Assembly: GCA_038245585.1 (NCBI GenBank)
Contig: JBBRSI010000001.1
Location: forward strand, 766 to 64,765
Length of the DNA: 64,000 bases
Direction of reading: 5' to 3'
Source of the DNA: Chitinophagales bacterium
GTDB lineage: Bacteria; Bacteroidota; Bacteroidia; Chitinophagales; Chitinophagaceae
Shown in pieces: positions 8,854-19,169 of the stretch (position 1 is its first letter; every line of letters starts with the position of its first letter). The notes beneath the pieces were generated by a model, which was not told where the DNA came from, ran no database searches, and saw nothing but the letters and a program-made list of their open reading frames with translations. Position numbers and translations under genes: made by a program.

Positions 8854-10353
8854 TTATTTACGGCTATAGTTAGGAGATTCTTTCGTTATTTCCACATCGT
8901 GTGCGTGGCTTTCGCGCATTCCGGCGGAAGTTATTTTTACAAAAATTGCTTTCTGTAAAGCAGCAATATCTTTTGCCCCGCAATAACCCATACCTGCTCT
9001 CAAACCGCCAGTGAATTGTGCTACCACTTCACTCAAATTTCCTTTATACGCAATCCTGCCCTCAATTCCTTCGGGTACTAATTTTTTTAAATCATCCTCC
9101 ACATCCTGGAAATAACGATCGCTGCTGCCTTGCGACATTGCGCCAATACTACCCATTCCGCGATACTCTTTAAACTTTCTTCCTTCGAAAATAATTGTAC
9201 CACCCGGACTTTCTTCCACACCTGCAAAAACACTTCCCATCATCACCACATTTGCACCGGCTGCTAAAGCTTTTACCATGTCACCGGTATAACGAATACC
9301 ACCATCTGCAATCAATGGAATCTTGCGCGCTTTTAAAACAGAAGCTGCTTCCATGATGGCTGTAAGTTGCGGTACACCTGTACCTGCGACGATTCGCGTG
9401 GTGCAGATCGAGCCGGGGCCGATACCAATTTTAACTGCATCTGCACCCGCATCGGCAAGTGCGATTGCACCTGCTGCCGTACCCACATTGCCCGCTACTA
9501 ATTGTATATTTTTAAAATTTTTCTTTAAAGATTTTACTGCATTGATCACGCCAATATGATGGCCATGCGCACTGTCAAGACCCATAACATCCACACCCAC
9601 CTGTTGCAATGCAGATGCGCGGTCTAGTAAATCCGATGTGATGCCCAAAGCTGCGCCTACAAGCAATCTTCCAAAATCATCTTTCACTGCATTGGGGAAA
9701 TTCCGGATCTGCATAATGTCGCGGAAAGTAATGAGGCCAATTAATTTTCCCTGCTTATTTACTACTGGCAGTTTTTCTATTTTATGTTTCTTTAAAATAT
9801 TTTCTGCCTGTTTCATATTCGTTCCTTCCGGCGCAGTGACGAGATTTTCTTTAGTCATTATTTTTTTTATATGCATGCGCATATCTGATTCAAAACGCAG
9901 GTCGCGGTTAGTGAGAATGCCCACGAGCATTCCCTGCTTGTCCACTACGGGAATGCCACCGATCTTATTTTCACGCATGAGCTTCAATGCATCACCAAGC
10001 GTGGCATCATCATGTAATGTGATCGGATCAATGATCAGTCCGCTTTCACTTCTTTTTACTTTTCTCACCTGCTCCGCCTGTTTTTCAATCGACATATTTT
10101 TATGCAAAAAACCAAGTCCTCCTTCACGCGCTAATGCCATCGCGAGATTCGCTTCCGTAACGGTATCCATAGCTGCAGAAAGCATGGGAATATTTAAACG
10201 AATAGATTTTGTAAGCTGCGATTGAATATTTACTTCGCGGGGTAAAACCTGGCTGAAAGCAGGCATGAGTAAAACATCATCAAACGTAAGGCCTTCGCCA
10301 AAAAATCTGGATTGGGATGTTTTCTTTTCCGGGGGGTTATTTCTTATTGCCAT
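8854..10353 (-). CDS. guaB: IMP dehydrogenase
   Basis: [11 protein letters not shown]-terminal block, tandem CBS region and catalytic loop [11 protein letters not shown]. The tracked ORF extends to 10425, but the ATG at 10353 (MAIRNN...) gives a normal N-terminus. Confidence 0.93.
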   Translation of the reverse strand: MAIRNNPPEKKTSQSRFFGEGLTFDDVLLMPAFSQVLPREVNIQSQLTKSIRLNIPMLSAAMDTVTEANLAMALAREGGLGFLHKNMSIEKQAEQVRKVKRSESGLIIDPITLHDDATLGDALKLMRENKIGGIPVVDKQGMLVGILTNRDLRFESDMRMHIKKIMTKENLVTAPEGTNMKQAENILKKHKIEKLPVVNKQGKLIGLITFRDIMQIRNFPNAVKDDFGRLLVGAALGITSDLLDRASALQQVGVDVMGLDSAHGHHIGVINAVKSLKKNFKNIQLVAGNVGTAAGAIALADAGADAVKIGIGPGSICTTRIVAGTGVPQLTAIMEAASVLKARKIPLIADGGIRYTGDMVKALAAGANVVMMGSVFAGVEESPGGTIIFEGRKFKEYRGMGSIGAMSQGSSDRYFQDVEDDLKKLVPEGIEGRIAYKGNLSEVVAQFTGGLRAGMGYCGAKDIAALQKAIFVKITSAGMRESHAHDVEITKESPNYSRK

Positions 10354-10464
10354 GTGCAAAGATAGTGTGCAGGCTAAATTGCTTCCAAAACAATTTTTTC
10401 TATACCCTAAAAGCTTTGCTGGCATTACATTTCAACTTATTCTCAAAAAATTGAGCACATGCGT

Positions 10465-11562
10465 TTATTCCATTTTATACATTTTTCCGGGTAGGCTGGT
10501 TAACACGTTTTGAAATTCCAGATTCAAAATGGCGGATGCAACTGCACTGCTGTTCAGTCCGCTTTTCAGGTAAATATCATCAATATGCAAGAGTTCTCGA
10601 TCTGCAAATAATTGCAGGATCATTTTTTCCTCATCAGAAAATTCGATGAACAATTCTTTCTGAATTTTCTTCTTTGGAACCTTTACTTCCCAGCTCATAA
10701 ATTCTATAAGATCCTGCGCGGAAGTCAGTAAAACTGCTTTATTATTTTTAATTAAATAATTGCAGCCGGCACTTTTGGTATCTGTTGTTTTCCCGGGAAA
10801 AGCAAACACATCCCGGTTATAATTATTGGCCAATTCTGCGGTGATCATACTGCCCCCTTTAATGGCAGTTTCCACAACAACTGTTGCATCAGACATGCCT
10901 GCAACAACCCTGTTTCGTTTGGGAAAATTATGTTTATCTGGTTTTGTTGACGAAATATATTCTGTCAATAATCCGCCTTGTGTACACATTTCTTTAGCGA
11001 TAGATGCATGTTGTTGCGGGTAAATGGATTGCAGCCCATGCGCCAAAACGCCCACCGTAGATAGATTATTTTTTAGCGAAGCTTTATGCGCAATTGTATC
11101 AATACCATAAGCAAGTCCACTCGCAATTAAAATATTCATTGTGGCAAGCTCTTCAATGAGTTTTTCTGTAACCATTTTTCCATAATCAGAATTATTACGT
11201 GTGCCGATAATGCTGATAATTTTTGTAGTATTTAAATCTGCATTGCCTCTGAAATACAGCATGATCGGCGGATCATAGCAATTCAATAAACGCTTTGGAT
11301 AATTTTCATCCTGTATAAAAAGGGGCGTGATCTTATTTTTTTCAATGAATTTTATTTCCTTTTCAATGGCCGAAAAGTCAGTGAACGATTTAATATTTTT
11401 GGCACGGACTACGCCGACATTTTCTAAATGACTTAATGCTGATTTTTTTTCTTTGAAAATATTTTCAGCACTTTCAAAATGTTTTAATAATTGTTTTGCC
11501 TGCACAGGACCTATACCCGGAATTTGTGTCAATGCGATTTTATATAAAAGCGATTCACTCAT
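10465..11562 (-). CDS. dprA: DNA-processing protein DprA
   Basis: 365 aa. N-terminal helix-hairpin-helix-like IPGIGPVQAKQLL, and the Rossmann-like DprA core ASGLAYGIDTIAHKASL. Confidence 0.88.
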   Translation of the reverse strand: MSESLLYKIALTQIPGIGPVQAKQLLKHFESAENIFKEKKSALSHLENVGVVRAKNIKSFTDFSAIEKEIKFIEKNKITPLFIQDENYPKRLLNCYDPPIMLYFRGNADLNTTKIISIIGTRNNSDYGKMVTEKLIEELATMNILIASGLAYGIDTIAHKASLKNNLSTVGVLAHGLQSIYPQQHASIAKEMCTQGGLLTEYISSTKPDKHNFPKRNRVVAGMSDATVVVETAIKGGSMITAELANNYNRDVFAFPGKTTDTKSAGCNYLIKNNKAVLLTSAQDLIEFMSWEVKVPKKKIQKELFIEFSDEEKMILQLFADRELLHIDDIYLKSGLNSSAVASAILNLEFQNVLTSLPGKMYKME

Positions 11563-11625
11563 GAAGCCTGTATATTTTTTTTAAAACATAACAAGATACT
11601 CTATTCGCGGGAGAAAATCAATAGT

Positions 11626-12276
11626 TTAAAACATACCCAAATGCAATTCACTAAAATTTTGCAGGGAAGCGATTTTTAAATCTGCCGCTGCCCAGCGAGG
11701 ATCTTTGATCGCGGAAAGAGAAGGCACAATCACGCATTTCATCCGGGCAGCTTTTACGGCAATCATGCCATTAAAACTAACTTCAAAACAAATACAGTCG
11801 GATGGATCCACATTTAATTGTTCCGCACATTCCAGGTAAACCTGTGGATGTGGCTTTCCATATTGCATATCTTCGGCAGACACATACGCATGTACAAATT
11901 CCGTGATATTGCAAATCTGCATTACCATTTCTATAATTGATGCCGGCGAAGAAGAGGCGATGCCGATCATAAAATTTCTTTCCCTAAAAAAATTAATGAT
12001 ATATGGAACTGCGGGCATGACAGCCGGTTTCTTTTTGATTTTTTCAGTTACAAGTTCTGTAATTTTTTTTTCCGCAGCTGCATATTCTTGTGCAGGTATT
12101 GAAAAATAGCGAAACCAGTAATTTACAAATTCTTTGGTGCGCAAGCCCGTTGTAGTTGCATATAATTCTGTGGTAAGGTTTTTATTATAGGATTGCAGGG
12201 TTTCATTTGCAGCTTCCTGCCAATGCGGTTCACTGTCTATCAGTAAGCCATCCATATCGAAGATTACGGTGTTCAT
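11626..12276 (-). CDS. HAD-superfamily hydrolase (beta-phosphoglucomutase/sugar-phosphatase subfamily IA)
   Basis: Motif I is VIFDMDGLLIDSE, directly after the ATG at 12276. The 29-codon upstream extension in the ORF track (to 12363) is low-complexity and probably non-coding. Confidence 0.8.
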   Translation of the reverse strand: MNTVIFDMDGLLIDSEPHWQEAANETLQSYNKNLTTELYATTTGLRTKEFVNYWFRYFSIPAQEYAAAEKKITELVTEKIKKKPAVMPAVPYIINFFRERNFMIGIASSSPASIIEMVMQICNITEFVHAYVSAEDMQYGKPHPQVYLECAEQLNVDPSDCICFEVSFNGMIAVKAARMKCVIVPSLSAIKDPRWAAADLKIASLQNFSELHLGMF

Positions 12277-12732
12277 TTGGGTTTGATGTTTGTTGTTTTG
12301 AAGGCGGCTGAGCGAAGCCGAAGCCGTTATTTTGTTTCTTGTTTTGTGTTCTTTTTTTACCAATATTAGTTAAGTGTTGTCATCTTTTTCTTTAAAAATA
12401 ATAAACCGCTTCATCATTTTAATTTCCAAACAAATAACGAGTAACAAGAATCACTTCATTTCAAGTACATTAAACACAAAACACAAAACAATTCATTTCA
12501 GAATCCTCAAACACTATACACCAAACAAATTCTTTCAATAAAACAGGAGCACTTAACACCAAACATTTCCTCCCCCGCAATTTTAATTAAAAAAAATTGA
12601 AAATTACATTTGTATAAAAAACAATAACATGTACATTTATCTTTTCCGGGTAAGATCAATATTTTTTTATAAGAAAAAATAGAAGGCTATTATATAATTT
12701 CATTACTTTAAATTTTTTTTAAAACCAACTGC

Positions 12733-14427
12733 ATGGCAAATTCTCTTTTCAGGAAGAAATCGCTCGAAAATATTTTACGTGATTATGAGTCCGGTGCCGG
12801 TGATGGCCACACACACAAACTGGATCGTGTGCTGGGTGTGAAAGACCTGACCTTTATGGGTATCGCCGCCGTTATTGGCGCAGGTATTTTTTCCACAATT
12901 GGTACTGCCGCTTTCCATGGTGGGCCCGGCGTTACCATACTGTATGTAATTACAGCAATTACCTGCGGCTTCTCTGCACTTTGTTATGCAGAATTTGCCA
13001 GCCGTGTTCCGGTGAGTGGTAGCGCATATACGTATGCTTATATTTCTTTTGGTGAACTGATCGCCTGGATCATAGGCTGGGCGCTAATCCTGGAATATGC
13101 GATCGGAAATATCGTAGTGGCAATTAGCTGGAGCAGTTATTTCAATAATTTATTAAAAGGCCTGGGCATTCAATTACCTTATTGGCTCAGTACGAATTAT
13201 TCTACAGCAAGTGATGCACTGGCTGCAGTGAATACGCAAGCTGCTGCAGGCACGCCAATCTCAGCTGCGATGCAGGAAATCATGACTGGTTTTACTGCCG
13301 CACCCGAAGTTTTTGGCAGCAAACTATTTATCAATTTACCTGCATTCATCATTGTCGTATTGATCACCGCACTGGCCTATATCGGCATGCAGGAAAGTAA
13401 AAAGAGCGCGAATTTTATGGTGATTTTTAAATTAATTGTCATCGTGTTTGTGATCATCCTTGGGTTCTTTTATGTAAGTCCTGCCAACTGGAATCCTTTT
13501 ATGCCAAATGGTTTCACAGGTGTGTTACAGGGAGTATCCGCTGTGTTCTATGCCTATATTGGTTTTGATGCGATTAGTACCACGGCGGAAGAATGTAAAA
13601 ATCCGCAGCGCGATCTGCCGCGCGGGATGATCTATGCATTATTAATCTGTACTGTTTTATATATTTTAATTGCACTCGTGCTCACTGGTATGGTTAATTA
13701 CAGCGAATTAAAAGTGGATGATCCTTTGGCATTTGTTTTTCAAAGATTGAATATGCCCTGGATCAGTTATATCATTTCCATCAGTGCTGTTGTGGCTACA
13801 ACCAGTGTCCTGCTTGTGTTTCAACTTGGCCAGCCACGTATTTGGATGAGTATGAGCCGCGATGGTTTATTGCCAAAGAAATTTTCCAAAGTGCATCCAA
13901 AATATAAAACACCAGCTTTTGCTACATTGATCACCGGTGTACTCGTTGCTGTCCCTGCTTTATTTATTCCATCTTCTATCGTAACGGATTTAACCAGTAT
14001 CGGAACATTGTTTGCTTTTGTATTGGTGTGTGGTGGTGTATTGGTTTTACCACACCTGAAACGTGAAAAAGGAAATCGATTTCAGATGCCGTATATCCGC
14101 GGAAAATATATAGTACCATTTTTAGTGGCGCTTTTCATTGCTGCTTTTCATACACGCATCCAGGACGCATTCGGTCATATGGGCAGTGAAGACCACCAGG
14201 AAATTTTCTTTTTAGTTTTTGTTTTCCTGGCTATCATTATTGCCATTCAAACTTTCCGTAAAAACTTTTCTTTGATTCCTGTTGTCGGGGCATTATGTTG
14301 TATGTATTTGCTGATTGAAATTCCTGTAATAAGCTGGCTTTGGTTTTTTGTGTGGATGGCAGTAGGTCTGAGTATTTATTTTTTATATGGCCGCAGGCAC
14401 AGCAAATTATCAAAAGAGAAATTATGA
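12733..14427 (+). CDS. APC-superfamily amino acid permease (cationic amino acid transporter-like)
   Basis: 564-aa polytopic protein with typical AA_permease blocks (GAGIFSTIG, FYAYIGFDAISTTAEE). Confidence 0.85.
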   Translation: MANSLFRKKSLENILRDYESGAGDGHTHKLDRVLGVKDLTFMGIAAVIGAGIFSTIGTAAFHGGPGVTILYVITAITCGFSALCYAEFASRVPVSGSAYTYAYISFGELIAWIIGWALILEYAIGNIVVAISWSSYFNNLLKGLGIQLPYWLSTNYSTASDALAAVNTQAAAGTPISAAMQEIMTGFTAAPEVFGSKLFINLPAFIIVVLITALAYIGMQESKKSANFMVIFKLIVIVFVIILGFFYVSPANWNPFMPNGFTGVLQGVSAVFYAYIGFDAISTTAEECKNPQRDLPRGMIYALLICTVLYILIALVLTGMVNYSELKVDDPLAFVFQRLNMPWISYIISISAVVATTSVLLVFQLGQPRIWMSMSRDGLLPKKFSKVHPKYKTPAFATLITGVLVAVPALFIPSSIVTDLTSIGTLFAFVLVCGGVLVLPHLKREKGNRFQMPYIRGKYIVPFLVALFIAAFHTRIQDAFGHMGSEDHQEIFFLVFVFLAIIIAIQTFRKNFSLIPVVGALCCMYLLIEIPVISWLWFFVWMAVGLSIYFLYGRRHSKLSKEKL

Positions 14428-14449
14428 TGGATTAACTAAATTGCACTTT

Positions 14450-15211
14450 ATGCAAAATCCCATTATCGTTGTAGAAGACCTGGTAAAAAATTATGGAACT
14501 TTTGAAGCTGTAAAAGGTATCAGTTTTTCTGTTCAGGAAGGAGAAATATTTGGCTTACTCGGACCGAATGGCGCGGGAAAATCTACCACGCTGGAGATCA
14601 TGGAAACGCTGCGGAAAAAAACCTCCGGTAAAGTGATGATCGATGGCCTGAATCTCGATGATTCGCCCAATGAAATTAAAAAAATTATTGGTGTGCAATT
14701 GCAAACTTCCGGTTATTATCCCGGGTTGAATTTGACCGAGCTATTATATTTGTTCGCGGCTTTATATAATGAAAAGATTGATGCACATGAACTCCTGGAT
14801 TCTGTAAACCTGCGCGATAAGTCAAAAAATAAATTCAAGGAATTAAGTGGTGGGCAAAAGCAACGTTTTTCCATCGCGACTACATTGATCAATCAGCCAA
14901 GAATTATTTTTCTCGATGAGCCCACGACAGGCCTCGATCCGCAGGCAAGAAGAAATTTATGGGACCTGATTTTAGACATACGAAAACGCGGCACAACCGT
15001 TATTATCACCACGCATTATATGGATGAGGCAGAAATTTTGTGTGACCGCGTGGCCATAATTGATTCAGGAAAAATCATTGCATTGGATACGCCCAACAAA
15101 CTCATTGATCAATTGGTGAGTAAAGGTTTTGAGAAAAAAAGGGAAGTGAAAAAAGCAAACCTGGAAGATGTATTTATTGAAATGACCGGCCACGTTTTGC
15201 GGGACATGTAA
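14450..15211 (+). CDS. ABC transporter ATP-binding protein (ABC-2/DrrA-like), with no adjacent permease gene
   Basis: Walker A GPNGAGKST, signature LSGGQKQR, Walker B IIFLDEPTTGLD. The ATG at 14450 (MQNPIIVVEDL) is preferred over the tracked 14387 start, which overlaps the permease gene. Confidence 0.88.
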   Translation: MQNPIIVVEDLVKNYGTFEAVKGISFSVQEGEIFGLLGPNGAGKSTTLEIMETLRKKTSGKVMIDGLNLDDSPNEIKKIIGVQLQTSGYYPGLNLTELLYLFAALYNEKIDAHELLDSVNLRDKSKNKFKELSGGQKQRFSIATTLINQPRIIFLDEPTTGLDPQARRNLWDLILDIRKRGTTVIITTHYMDEAEILCDRVAIIDSGKIIALDTPNKLIDQLVSKGFEKKREVKKANLEDVFIEMTGHVLRDM

Positions 15212-15257
15212 ATTTTTGTAAGAACTATTTTTTATAATCATTTTTAAAAAATATTTT

Positions 15258-15785
15258 ATGACGGATGATCTGAGTTACCCGATCGGGAAGCATGTGCCGG
15301 AAGCTTTTTCCCATACTGCCAAAGAAAAAAAATTATTGGAAATTGAATATTTACCCGCTGATCTTGAAGTGGCGATTCAGAATCTCGATGCGCATCAATT
15401 GCATACGCCCTACCGCCCCGGTGGATGGACCGTTCATCAACTTGTGCATCATATAGCAGACAGTCACATGAACGCATATATCCGGTTTAAACTTGGTTTG
15501 ACTGAAGACAATCCAACTATTAAAACCTACGATGAAAAATTATGGACGAATCTTGCTGATGTGGAAACACAGCCTGTAAATGTTTCTATCACATTATTAT
15601 TTTCATTACATCGCCGGTGGTTGGCAGCTATTAAGGATTTGTCTGAAACCCAGTGGGAGCGAACTCTTTTTCATCCGGAGCAAAAAAGAGATATGAGTTT
15701 ATGGGATTTACTTTGTTTGTATGCATGGCATGGAAAACATCACGTAAAACATATCACTGCCCTTCGGGAAAGAATGAACTGGTAA
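15258..15785 (+). CDS. DinB/YfiT-family putative metal-dependent hydrolase or thiol transferase
   Basis: 175 aa. Histidine triad context (HQLVHHIADSHMNAY and WHGKHHVKHI) is typical of YfiT/DinB_2 proteins. Confidence 0.75.
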   Translation: MTDDLSYPIGKHVPEAFSHTAKEKKLLEIEYLPADLEVAIQNLDAHQLHTPYRPGGWTVHQLVHHIADSHMNAYIRFKLGLTEDNPTIKTYDEKLWTNLADVETQPVNVSITLLFSLHRRWLAAIKDLSETQWERTLFHPEQKRDMSLWDLLCLYAWHGKHHVKHITALRERMNW

Positions 15786-15801
15786 TTTTTTAATAGCAAT
15801 T

Positions 15802-16479
15802 ATGAGCGAAACGAATAAGGAATTAAAAAAAGAGTTTGAACTGGAAAGAATGATCCTTTTTAGTGATGCGGTTTTTGCGATTGGTATTACACTTTTAGTG
15901 ATTGAAATTAAAGTACCAGAAATTCCGCAGGATGCAACAAGTGCCGAAATTGTGGCTGCTTTTAAGCCTACACTCATCCATTTTTTTGCTTTCGTGCTGA
16001 GCTTTTTTTTTATTGGCATGATGTGGTCGCGTCATCTAAAATTGTTTAAATATTTACGCACTTACGATAATGGATTGATCTTCCGTAACTTGATCTTTAT
16101 ATTCTTTGTTGTATGTTTTCCTTTTACTGTAACAGTATTTTCAGAGAATGTTAAGAGCGGAAATGTGTTTCCTGTTTTATTTTATATTACGAATATCTGG
16201 CTTATAACCTTAGCACATTTCTGGCTTTGTTATTACTTATTCAAACAGAAAAAAAGCCTTTGCATTCCAGGATTGGAGGCAGATAAAAAATATATGTTAC
16301 TTATAAATGGCGTGAATGCAGCTATTTTTACTGTCACAATTATTCTCATGTTAATTGTATCAATAATATTTAGCGGAGAATTAAAACCTGTAATTTTCTG
16401 TATTTATTCATTGCCGTTGATGATACTCATTGCGAAAAGGAAATTGAAAAAATATAAACCGGTGAAGGAGAAAGAATAA
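15802..16479 (+). CDS. TMEM175/DUF1211-family membrane protein (putative K+ channel homologue)
   Basis: The signature RMILFSDAVFAIGITLLVIE lies at the start of TM1. About six TM segments. Confidence 0.75.
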   Translation: MSETNKELKKEFELERMILFSDAVFAIGITLLVIEIKVPEIPQDATSAEIVAAFKPTLIHFFAFVLSFFFIGMMWSRHLKLFKYLRTYDNGLIFRNLIFIFFVVCFPFTVTVFSENVKSGNVFPVLFYITNIWLITLAHFWLCYYLFKQKKSLCIPGLEADKKYMLLINGVNAAIFTVTIILMLIVSIIFSGELKPVIFCIYSLPLMILIAKRKLKKYKPVKEKE

Positions 16480-16656
16480 TAAAGCTAACAGATAACAACT
16501 AACAATGAAAAGTTTTTAAAAGCTTCGTTTTCAACTGTTATCTTTTCTCTTTTCGTTTTTAGCTTTCTTTTCCCAAATAAATCATAACAAATCTTTTTAC
16601 CATTCTACTTTTATTTTCAATACCTTCCTCACTAAATTTTAATCAAAAAAAATAAT

Positions 16657-16860
16657 ATGGAAATTGTAAAAGTAATCGAAGTGATCGCCTCATCTCCCAA
16701 GAGTTTTGATGACGCTATTTCAAATTGCCTCAAAGAGGTTTCAAAAACAGTAAAGAACATAGATTCAATTTATGTAAAAGATTTTAAAGTGCATGTAAAA
16801 GATAACAAATTGCATTCCTATGGCGTGATATGTAAAGTGTCATTCCGCGTGAAATCTTAA
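16657..16860 (+). CDS. Dodecin-family flavin-binding protein
   Basis: 67 aa. VKVIEVIASSPKSFDDAISNCLKEVSKTVKNI...KVSFRV matches the dodecin (DUF1458) pattern. Confidence 0.75.
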   Translation: MEIVKVIEVIASSPKSFDDAISNCLKEVSKTVKNIDSIYVKDFKVHVKDNKLHSYGVICKVSFRVKS

Positions 16861-16880
16861 GATTAAAAATGTACATTCAA

Positions 16881-16914
16881 AGCGTTTTGCAATTGCAAAA
16901 CGCTTTTTCTTTTT
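16881..16914 (+). terminator. Intrinsic terminator after the dodecin gene
   Basis: Perfect 24-nt palindrome AGCGTTTTGCAA/TTGCAAAACGCT (16881-16904), followed by TTTTCTTTTT. Confidence 0.65.
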
Positions 16915-16964
16915 ATTAAAAAATTCTTTTATAATTTTATCCCCTTACGTCAAATATATTTTCC

Positions 16965-17873
16965 ATGAATTTTATTGATTACTACGAAGCGCTGGGTATA
17001 AATAAAAATGCTACGACCGATGAGATCAAAAAAGCTTACCGCAAACTGGCACGTAAATTCCATCCCGACCTGAATCCCAATGATAAAACAGCGCATCAGA
17101 AATTTCAACAGATCAATGAAGCCAATGAAGTGCTCAGCGATCCTGAGAAAAGAAAAAAATATGACCAGTATGGAAAAGACTGGAAGCATGCTGATGTGTA
17201 TGAAGAAGCCCGCAATCAACAAGGGCAGCAACGGTATACAAATGGCGCCGGCAGCCAGTTCCAGGGCTTTGATGAGAATGATATGGGTGAAGGAAATTTT
17301 TCCAGTTTCTTCGAATCTTTATTCGGTCAGGCAGGTGGCAGGCGTGGCACACAGGCGAAATACCGCGGACAGGATTACCAGGCAGAATTGAAACTTACTT
17401 TGGAACAAGCTGCTGCAACACACAAGCAAACAATTACAGTAAATGGAAAAAATGTGCGCATTACCATTCCCGCTGGCGTAGAAAACGGGCAGAAAATAAA
17501 ATTAAATAACTATGGCAGTCCCGGCGTTAATGGCGGCCCAAACGGCGACCTTTATATAACTTTTTCAATTATGGATGATCCAAATTTCAAGCGTCTTGGC
17601 AACGACCTGTATTCAACTGTTGACCTGGATTTATATACCGCCGTGCTCGGTGGTGATGTAACTATCAATACGATGAGCGGAAAAGTGAAAGTGAAAGTGA
17701 AACCTGAAACGCAAAATGGAACGAAAGTAAAATTAACCGGTAAAGGATTTCCCGTGTATAAAAAAGAAGGGCATTATGGAAATTTATATATTACCTGGAA
17801 TTTAAAGATCCCGGTCAATCTTTCTGATAAAGAAAAATCATTGTTTGAAGAACTCTCCAAACTGAAACATTAA
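16965..17873 (+). CDS. cbpA: DnaJ-class co-chaperone CbpA (J domain + C-terminal substrate-binding domains, no zinc finger)
   Basis: J domain [31 protein letters not shown] with the HPD motif, then a G/F-like linker and a DnaJ_C region. 302 aa with no CxxCxGxG repeats. Confidence 0.85.
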   Translation: MNFIDYYEALGINKNATTDEIKKAYRKLARKFHPDLNPNDKTAHQKFQQINEANEVLSDPEKRKKYDQYGKDWKHADVYEEARNQQGQQRYTNGAGSQFQGFDENDMGEGNFSSFFESLFGQAGGRRGTQAKYRGQDYQAELKLTLEQAAATHKQTITVNGKNVRITIPAGVENGQKIKLNNYGSPGVNGGPNGDLYITFSIMDDPNFKRLGNDLYSTVDLDLYTAVLGGDVTINTMSGKVKVKVKPETQNGTKVKLTGKGFPVYKKEGHYGNLYITWNLKIPVNLSDKEKSLFEELSKLKH

Positions 17874-17874
17874 A

Positions 17875-18180
17875 ATGAATGATATGGCAAATAATTTCAT
17901 TCCCGCAAAAGAATTCTGCATGCATTACCAGGTAGAATATGCATTTATTTATTCTCTCCACGAATCAGGACTGGTAAAGGTTTCCGGCCCGGAAACAGAG
18001 CCGGTTTTCGATGAAAAAGAATTACCCAATGTGGAAAGAATGGTGCGTATGCACGAAGAGCTCGGTATTAACCTCGAAGGCATTGAAGCTATAGTACCAT
18101 TGCTCGACAGGATAGAAAAAATGCAGGCTGAAATGAATCTTTTACGAAATCACTTGCGGCTTTTTAATTTTGAAGATTAA
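17875..18180 (+). CDS. cbpM: Chaperone modulatory protein CbpM-like (MerR-type HTH)
   Basis: 101-aa ORF starting 1 nt after the cbpA stop, which is the classic cbpA-cbpM arrangement. Confidence 0.7.
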   Translation: MNDMANNFIPAKEFCMHYQVEYAFIYSLHESGLVKVSGPETEPVFDEKELPNVERMVRMHEELGINLEGIEAIVPLLDRIEKMQAEMNLLRNHLRLFNFED

Positions 18181-18182
18181 GA

Positions 18183-19004
18183 TCAGGCAAGCACCAATTG
18201 TTCTACAGCATTATTTAAAAAATTTGGTAGAATATGCGCGTAGGTATATACAATTTTATCGGGGTCATTAAGTTGTTCCATCATGTTTTCCCATTTCCCC
18301 TGGCCATGATTTTCAATCACAATTTTTTTCTTGTCCTCCCTTTGCAGGTACATGCGCATGCCCGTTGCATCCGCTTCCGGGTGAAATTGTGTGCCGATAA
18401 AATATTCATTAAAACGGATTGCTTCCACAGCTCTTTCAAAAGGTACATGTGGCCGGTTTTTTTCAATGGCTAAAATTTTCGCACCTAAAAATTTTACCCG
18501 GTTATGATTGGGTTGAATCACCTGGAAATCGCGGCTTTCTACGGCATAAAAAGGATCACATAAACCATTGAAAACCATTTCCTGTTTACCATCTTCCAGC
18601 ATGTGTATCGGGAAAACCCCGAAGGCAGTAGATTTGCGTGCACACACTTTAGCAATTTGATAATAGCGACAGGCCAATTGAAAACTGTGGCATATAAAAA
18701 AGAAATGCTTTTTCGGGTAATTTGAAATGTCCTTATTCCACTTTTCCAAATCGCCGATCAGGCCAAAAAATTTATTTTCCCAATCCGTTCCTGCACTTTC
18801 CAAAGGCGATCCGGGCCCGCCACTTGAAATATAAATGTCAAAATCAAAGCCTGGGATTTCTTCCCTGCAGCGCACATCAAATACTTCGTAATACAATTGG
18901 TAACTATTAATTTCGCTCCATTGATTCACGACCTCTTTTATACAACGCATGCCCTGGTTCTCATGCCCTTCATTCATATCCAGGATGGCTATCCGTACTT
19001 TCAT
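18183..19004 (-). CDS. Class I (type 1) glutamine amidotransferase-like protein
   Basis: 273 aa. Nucleophile elbow FFICHSFQL and QFHPE (His-Glu of the triad). Confidence 0.75.
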   Translation of the reverse strand: MKVRIAILDMNEGHENQGMRCIKEVVNQWSEINSYQLYYEVFDVRCREEIPGFDFDIYISSGGPGSPLESAGTDWENKFFGLIGDLEKWNKDISNYPKKHFFFICHSFQLACRYYQIAKVCARKSTAFGVFPIHMLEDGKQEMVFNGLCDPFYAVESRDFQVIQPNHNRVKFLGAKILAIEKNRPHVPFERAVEAIRFNEYFIGTQFHPEADATGMRMYLQREDKKKIVIENHGQGKWENMMEQLNDPDKIVYTYAHILPNFLNNAVEQLVLA

Positions 19005-19169
19005 AAATTAATTAACAATTACAAATTTAGTAAATTATTTTTTTATCAATTGACGGATTATTAACAATTGTGAAATAAAAAATGGCTATGCCAGTGGAAT
19101 TTTTTTATGGGCCCGGCAGAAGTGCACACATGAAGTTTCAGTAGCGATGGCACCGTTCAGCGGGAGGAA

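Noticed and set aside
10354-10425. N-terminal extensions in the ORF track for guaB (to 10425), the HAD hydrolase (to 12363), the ABC ATPase (from 14387), the PBP-like gene (to 55717), the DUF2807 gene (to 40211) and PorP/SprF (from 35980).
   Set aside because: The extensions precede the conserved family N-termini or signal peptides. Several overlap neighbouring genes or promoter boxes, and they have non-protein-like composition. Internal ATGs give canonical products, so the shorter coordinates are reported.
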